Origin: Candidatus Hydrogenedentes bacterium UBA6118
GTDB taxonomy: Bacteria > Hydrogenedentota > Hydrogenedentia > Hydrogenedentales > SLHB01
Direction: 5' to 3'
DNA: 64,000 bases
NCBI GenBank assembly: GCA_002422525.1
Contig: DIWA01000063.1
Span: forward strand, 9,920-73,919
A model generated the notes under the pieces. That model saw only the letters and a list, made by a program, of their open reading frames with translations. It had not been told where the DNA came from and searched no databases. Positions 60,095 through 64,000 of the stretch are shown here, one piece after another. Each line of letters starts with the position of its first letter. The first letter of the stretch is position 1. A program made the position numbers and the translations under genes.

Positions 60095-60712
60095 CTACAG
60101 TTGGATGCCCGAGAAGGACATGAACCCAATCGCCATGAGTCCCGCCGTGATGAACGTGATGCCGAGACCGCGGAGCCCGGGCGGCACATTGCTGTAGTGC
60201 ATCTTCTCGCGGATCGCGGCGAGCCCGATGATGGCCAGCGCCCAGCCGATGCCGCAGCCCAGCCCGTACACGGCGCTCTCCGCGATCGTGTAGTCGCGCT
60301 GCACCATGAAGAGGGCGGCGCCCAGAATCGCGCAGTTCACCGTGATCAACGGCAGAAACACGCCCAGCGCCACGTACAGCTTCGGGAAATACCGGTCCAT
60401 GGTCATCTCGACGAGCTGCACCGCCGCCGCGATGCTGCCGATGAACGTGAGGAAGCTCAGGAACGACAGGTCCAGCGTCGCGAAGCTCGGATGGATCCAC
60501 GCCAACGCCCCCTCCGCCAGGAGGAACTTGTAGACGAACGCGTTCAGCGGAACCGTCAGCGTCAGCACGAACACCACCGCCGTGCCCAGTCCGACCGCCG
60601 TGTCGACTTTCTTCGACGAGTTCAGGAAAGGGCACATCCCCAGAAAGAACGCCAGCGCCATGTTCTCGATGAAGATGGCCTTGACCAGAATGTTCAGGTA
60701 GTGTTCCAGCAT
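60095..60712 (-). CDS. nqrE: Na+-NQR subunit E
   Basis: [49 protein letters not shown]. Confidence 0.96.
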   Translation of the reverse strand: MLEHYLNILVKAIFIENMALAFFLGMCPFLNSSKKVDTAVGLGTAVVFVLTLTVPLNAFVYKFLLAEGALAWIHPSFATLDLSFLSFLTFIGSIAAAVQLVEMTMDRYFPKLYVALGVFLPLITVNCAILGAALFMVQRDYTIAESAVYGLGCGIGWALAIIGLAAIREKMHYSNVPPGLRGLGITFITAGLMAIGFMSFSGIQL

Positions 60713-60713
60713 C

Positions 60714-61346
60714 TTACTCGGCCTCCACCAGTTGCGACTTCCAGGTCCGGAGCCCCCAGATCAGGAAGCCGATGATGAAGAACGCCGCCGGCGCCAACAG
60801 CATCATGCCGTTCGGCTGATACCAGCCGCCTTCCTTCGTCAAAGAGAGCACTTGGTATCCCATCAGTCGCCCGGAGCCGAACAGCTCACGGATGATCGCG
60901 ACCGACATCAGCACGACGCCGTAGCCCGCGCCGTTGCCCAGCCCGTCGATGAAGCTGATCAACGGCTTGTTCTGCATCGCGAACCCCTCGGCGCGACCGA
61001 GCACGATGCAGTTCGTGATGATCAAGCCGACGAACACCGACAGGCTCTGACTGATGGTGAACAGATACGCCTTGAGGATCTGATCAACCAGAATCACCAG
61101 CGAAGCGATGATCGTCATCTGAACGATGATCCGGATCGAGTAGGGCGTGCTGTTTCGGATGAAACTCACCGACACATTCGCCAACGCCGACACCGCCGTA
61201 AGCGCGATCGCCATCACGAACGCGGTCTGCACCTGGGTCGTGACGGCGAGGGCGCTGCATACGCCCAGCACCTGCACCCCGATCGGATTGTTGTCGAAGA
61301 TCGGATCGACCAGGGCATGTCGTTCCGCTTTTCCCAATACCGCCAT
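60714..61346 (-). CDS. nqrD: Na+-NQR subunit D
   Basis: [46 protein letters not shown]. Confidence 0.96.
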   Translation of the reverse strand: MAVLGKAERHALVDPIFDNNPIGVQVLGVCSALAVTTQVQTAFVMAIALTAVSALANVSVSFIRNSTPYSIRIIVQMTIIASLVILVDQILKAYLFTISQSLSVFVGLIITNCIVLGRAEGFAMQNKPLISFIDGLGNGAGYGVVLMSVAIIRELFGSGRLMGYQVLSLTKEGGWYQPNGMMLLAPAAFFIIGFLIWGLRTWKSQLVEAE

Positions 61347-61409
61347 CGTGCCTGCTCCTATGCTTGCCGGCGCGAGCCGCTGCCGCTGCGCCGGTTACCG
61401 CGCTCTTGG

Positions 61410-62195
61410 TCAGGCGGCGCCTTCCCGCAGCTTCGCCAGAAACGGTCCGTACCCCTGACCGCCCATCCACAAGTTGATCAGATGCTCAACGCCTTTGCTC
61501 GTGATCGTCGCCCCCGACAGACCGTCCACGCGGTGCGGGTCCTCCTCGGGGCTGCCCGCCTCGCCCTTCACCACTTCGATCGCCGGTTCGCCGTTCTCGT
61601 CGAAGACCTTCCGGCCCGGCCACAGCGCCTTCCAAGCCGGATTGTCCACCTCGCCGCCCAGGCCCGGCGTCTCGCCGTGCTCATAGAACGTCAGACCGCG
61701 AACCGTCTCGCCGTCCTTGTCGAGCGCGAGGTAGCCGTACATCGTCGACCACAGGCCGTTGCCCCAGACCTGCAGCACGTACTGGTCCGCGGCGCCGGCC
61801 TCATCCCTAACCTCATACACCAACGCCACGTGCGGCACGGCCCGGACTTGGGCGGGGTTGGGCTCCAGCGCCGTACTGCTCGCCGGATCGTTGGCCGCCT
61901 TGACCGGGTCGTAGATGCCCGGCGTGTCGCCCAGCTCCGTGAACGTCCCCTCGCGCAGATCCACGTACTTGGTCGTAATGCGCTCCTCGAAGCGTCGCTG
62001 CACCTCTTGCGGCGGGATGGACTCGTCAGCCTCGAGCAGACCGCTCACCGCGAGCACCTTCTTTTGCCGATCAAGCAGCACGTTCCGGTCTTGCCGACTC
62101 TTGAGCAACACCGCCGCGCCGGAGACGACGATCGAGCAGATGACGCACACGACCGCAGCGAACGAGATGGTATAGAGGGTGCTGTTACGCTGCAT
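61410..62195 (-). CDS. nqrC: Na+-NQR subunit C
   Basis: GLWST.YGY.AL, HGETPGLGGEV.NP.W, VDGLSGAT(FMN-Thr)ITS.GV. Start at MQRNS (62195). Confidence 0.95.
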   Translation of the reverse strand: MQRNSTLYTISFAAVVCVICSIVVSGAAVLLKSRQDRNVLLDRQKKVLAVSGLLEADESIPPQEVQRRFEERITTKYVDLREGTFTELGDTPGIYDPVKAANDPASSTALEPNPAQVRAVPHVALVYEVRDEAGAADQYVLQVWGNGLWSTMYGYLALDKDGETVRGLTFYEHGETPGLGGEVDNPAWKALWPGRKVFDENGEPAIEVVKGEAGSPEEDPHRVDGLSGATITSKGVEHLINLWMGGQGYGPFLAKLREGAA

Positions 62196-63444
62196 AGCGC
62201 ACCATCCTCCGCTTGATGTTGGCCCGAACGAGGTAGTGGTCAATCAGCGGCGCGAACATGTTCATGAACAGAATCACCAGCATCCAGCTCCCGGGGTACG
62301 CCGGGTTGACCTCCCGGATCAGGATCCCCAGCAGTCCGATGCAGCAGCCGTAGATGAACTTGCCCGTCTCCGTGAACGGCGAGGAGACCGGGTCGGTCGC
62401 CATGAACACGGCGGCGAACGCGAACCCGCCGATCACCCAGTGCCAATACAACGGCACGGCGTAGTAGGCGTTCTCGCTCCAACCGGCGAATGCAACCACA
62501 TTGAACACAACGACCATGGCCGCGCTGCCCACGAGGCAGCCGAGCATCGTGCGCCACGACCCCACGCCCGTAGCGATCAGAACCGCGGCGCCGATCAGGC
62601 AGAACAGCGCACTGGTCTCGCCCATCGACCCTGGTTCGAACCCGAGGAACGCGCTCCACCAATCGACCGGCGTTCGCCCGCCCAGGCTGGGATCGTTGAT
62701 CCCGGCCATCCCCTGGTCCTTGAGCACCGCAAGCCACGTGGCGCCGCTGTAGCCGTCCGCCCCGGCGGCGGTCTCGGCGGCGATCCACACCTTGTCGCCC
62801 GAGATCTGCGCGGGATAGGCGAAGTAGAGGAAGGCGCGGGCGGTGAGCGCCGGGTTGAAGATGTTCATCCCCGTGCCGCCGAACACCTCCTTGCCGACCA
62901 CGACGCCGAAGATGATGCCCAGCGCCACCTGCCAGAGCGGGATCGTCGCGGGCAGCGTCAGCGGGAACAGGGCGCTGGTGACCAGGAAGCCCTCGTTGAT
63001 GTCGTGCTTGCGGACCACCGCGAACAGGGCCTCGAACAGCCCCCCAGCCACGAGCGTCACGATGTACACGGGCACGTAGTAGAGGGCCCCGTGCGCGAAG
63101 CAGGCCAACACGCTGTTCGGGTCGAAGGCGAGACCCATGGCCTGCATCATGGCGGTGCGCCAGTTCGCCAGCGGCGCCGCGCCCGCGGCGATGGCGAGGT
63201 GGGCCTGATACCCCGTGTTGTACATCGCCATCAGCATGCACGGCGCAAGCCCCACGACCACGATGCTCATCATGCGCTTGAGGTCAATCGCATCGCGCAC
63301 GTGCGATGCGCCGCGCGTCACGTGGTCCGGCGTGAAGAGAAAGGTGTCGCCCGCCTCAAACAACGGGTAGAGCCGCTCGAGCTTGCCGCCCTTCTCGAAG
63401 AGCTTGCGCTGCTTGTTCTGAAGTCCGAGGAGAAACTTCATCAT
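62185..63444 (-). CDS. nqrB: Na+-NQR subunit B
   Basis: [37 protein letters not shown](FMN-Thr), GSMGETS, MATDPVS. Confidence 0.96.
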   Translation of the reverse strand: MMKFLLGLQNKQRKLFEKGGKLERLYPLFEAGDTFLFTPDHVTRGASHVRDAIDLKRMMSIVVVGLAPCMLMAMYNTGYQAHLAIAAGAAPLANWRTAMMQAMGLAFDPNSVLACFAHGALYYVPVYIVTLVAGGLFEALFAVVRKHDINEGFLVTSALFPLTLPATIPLWQVALGIIFGVVVGKEVFGGTGMNIFNPALTARAFLYFAYPAQISGDKVWIAAETAAGADGYSGATWLAVLKDQGMAGINDPSLGGRTPVDWWSAFLGFEPGSMGETSALFCLIGAAVLIATGVGSWRTMLGCLVGSAAMVVVFNVVAFAGWSENAYYAVPLYWHWVIGGFAFAAVFMATDPVSSPFTETGKFIYGCCIGLLGILIREVNPAYPGSWMLVILFMNMFAPLIDHYLVRANIKRRMVRYAA

Positions 63445-64000
63445 CCTTCCTTTTCAATCTGCTCGAGATTAGCCCGCAGAAGAGGCCCATACTCGATCTT
63501 GCCCGGACAGACGAAAGTGCACAGCGCCAGATCCTCCTCGTCGAGTTCGAGACACCCCAACTCCTCCGCCTTCTCCACGTCCCCCACGGCGATCGCCCGC
63601 AGGAGATGCGTCGGCATCAGATCCATCGGCATCACTTTCTCATAGAGACCAATCGGCACCATCGCCCGTTCCGAACCGTTCAGGTTCGTCGTGAAGTCGT
63701 ACCGCTTGCCCCGCGACAACGCCGAGGCGAACACCCGCGTCAGGGAAAACTTATTGAAGCCGGGCGCCATCCACCCGAGGAACTCCCGCTCGCGGCCCTC
63801 GCGGAGCGCGGTGATCTGCAGATGGAACCGGCCGAGATACCCGAGCGCGTCGCCTGAGGCGATCCGGCCGGACAACACGGATCCGGAAATGACCCGGAGG
63901 TCTCCCTCCTGCAGCTCGCCCTTCGTCAGTTCGTCGATCGACGCGCCCACGCGCGTGCGCAGCAGCCGCGGGTTCTTCACCGCCGGACCGCCCAGCGAGA
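63441..64000 (-). CDS. nqrA: Na+-NQR subunit A (C-terminal part; gene continues beyond the right edge)
   Basis: [59 protein letters not shown]; frame open to the window end. Confidence 0.94.
   Translation of the reverse strand, partial: SLGGPAVKNPRLLRTRVGASIDELTKGELQEGDLRVISGSVLSGRIASGDALGYLGRFHLQITALREGREREFLGWMAPGFNKFSLTRVFASALSRGKRYDFTTNLNGSERAMVPIGLYEKVMPMDLMPTHLLRAIAVGDVEKAEELGCLELDEEDLALCTFVCPGKIEYGPLLRANLEQIEKEG

Overview
This is a very GC-rich bacterial chromosomal segment. It is possibly from Candidatus Hydrogenedentota; that is an inference from the 'GCP' lipobox style and gene content, not a search result. Almost all real genes are on the minus strand, and the many long antisense ORFs in the track are GC-rich shadow frames. 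(1) Positions 1-22.2 kb hold one apparent minus-strand operon for a type IV filament. The order is pilB-like ATPase 1, pilT, pilB-like ATPase 2, pilC, a GspG-like major pilin, FimU/GspH-, PilV/GspI- and PilW/GspJ-like minor pilins, then a giant 2448-aa PilX/GspK-like pilin. It ends with a >1494-aa secreted beta-helix/IPT-TIG/DUF642-like protein in the position normally taken by pilY1; that gene is missing from the ORF track because it runs off the left edge. This is the best candidate for an undescribed system. (2) Positions 22.7-31.6 kb hold a Cus-like heavy-metal RND efflux locus: Cys-rich leader ORF, cusB with a recently duplicated metal-binding domain, cusA, a TolC-family protein and a triple TRASH/YHS-like periplasmic protein. 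(3) Positions 31.7-64 kb are mostly housekeeping: GH13 enzyme, lipoprotein, DEAD-box helicase, DoxX, gltA, TIM-barrel isomerase, M28 peptidase, a pnt operon interrupted by a PhyH dioxygenase, purE, O-antigen-ligase/TPR protein, MFS, dapAB, a broken CoA-binding gene, pfkA, LysM protein, MBL hydrolase, and nqr(A)BCDEF-apbE-nqrM. No rRNA, tRNA, CRISPR array or mobile element was recognised. All family calls come from motif reading by eye, not from database searches.
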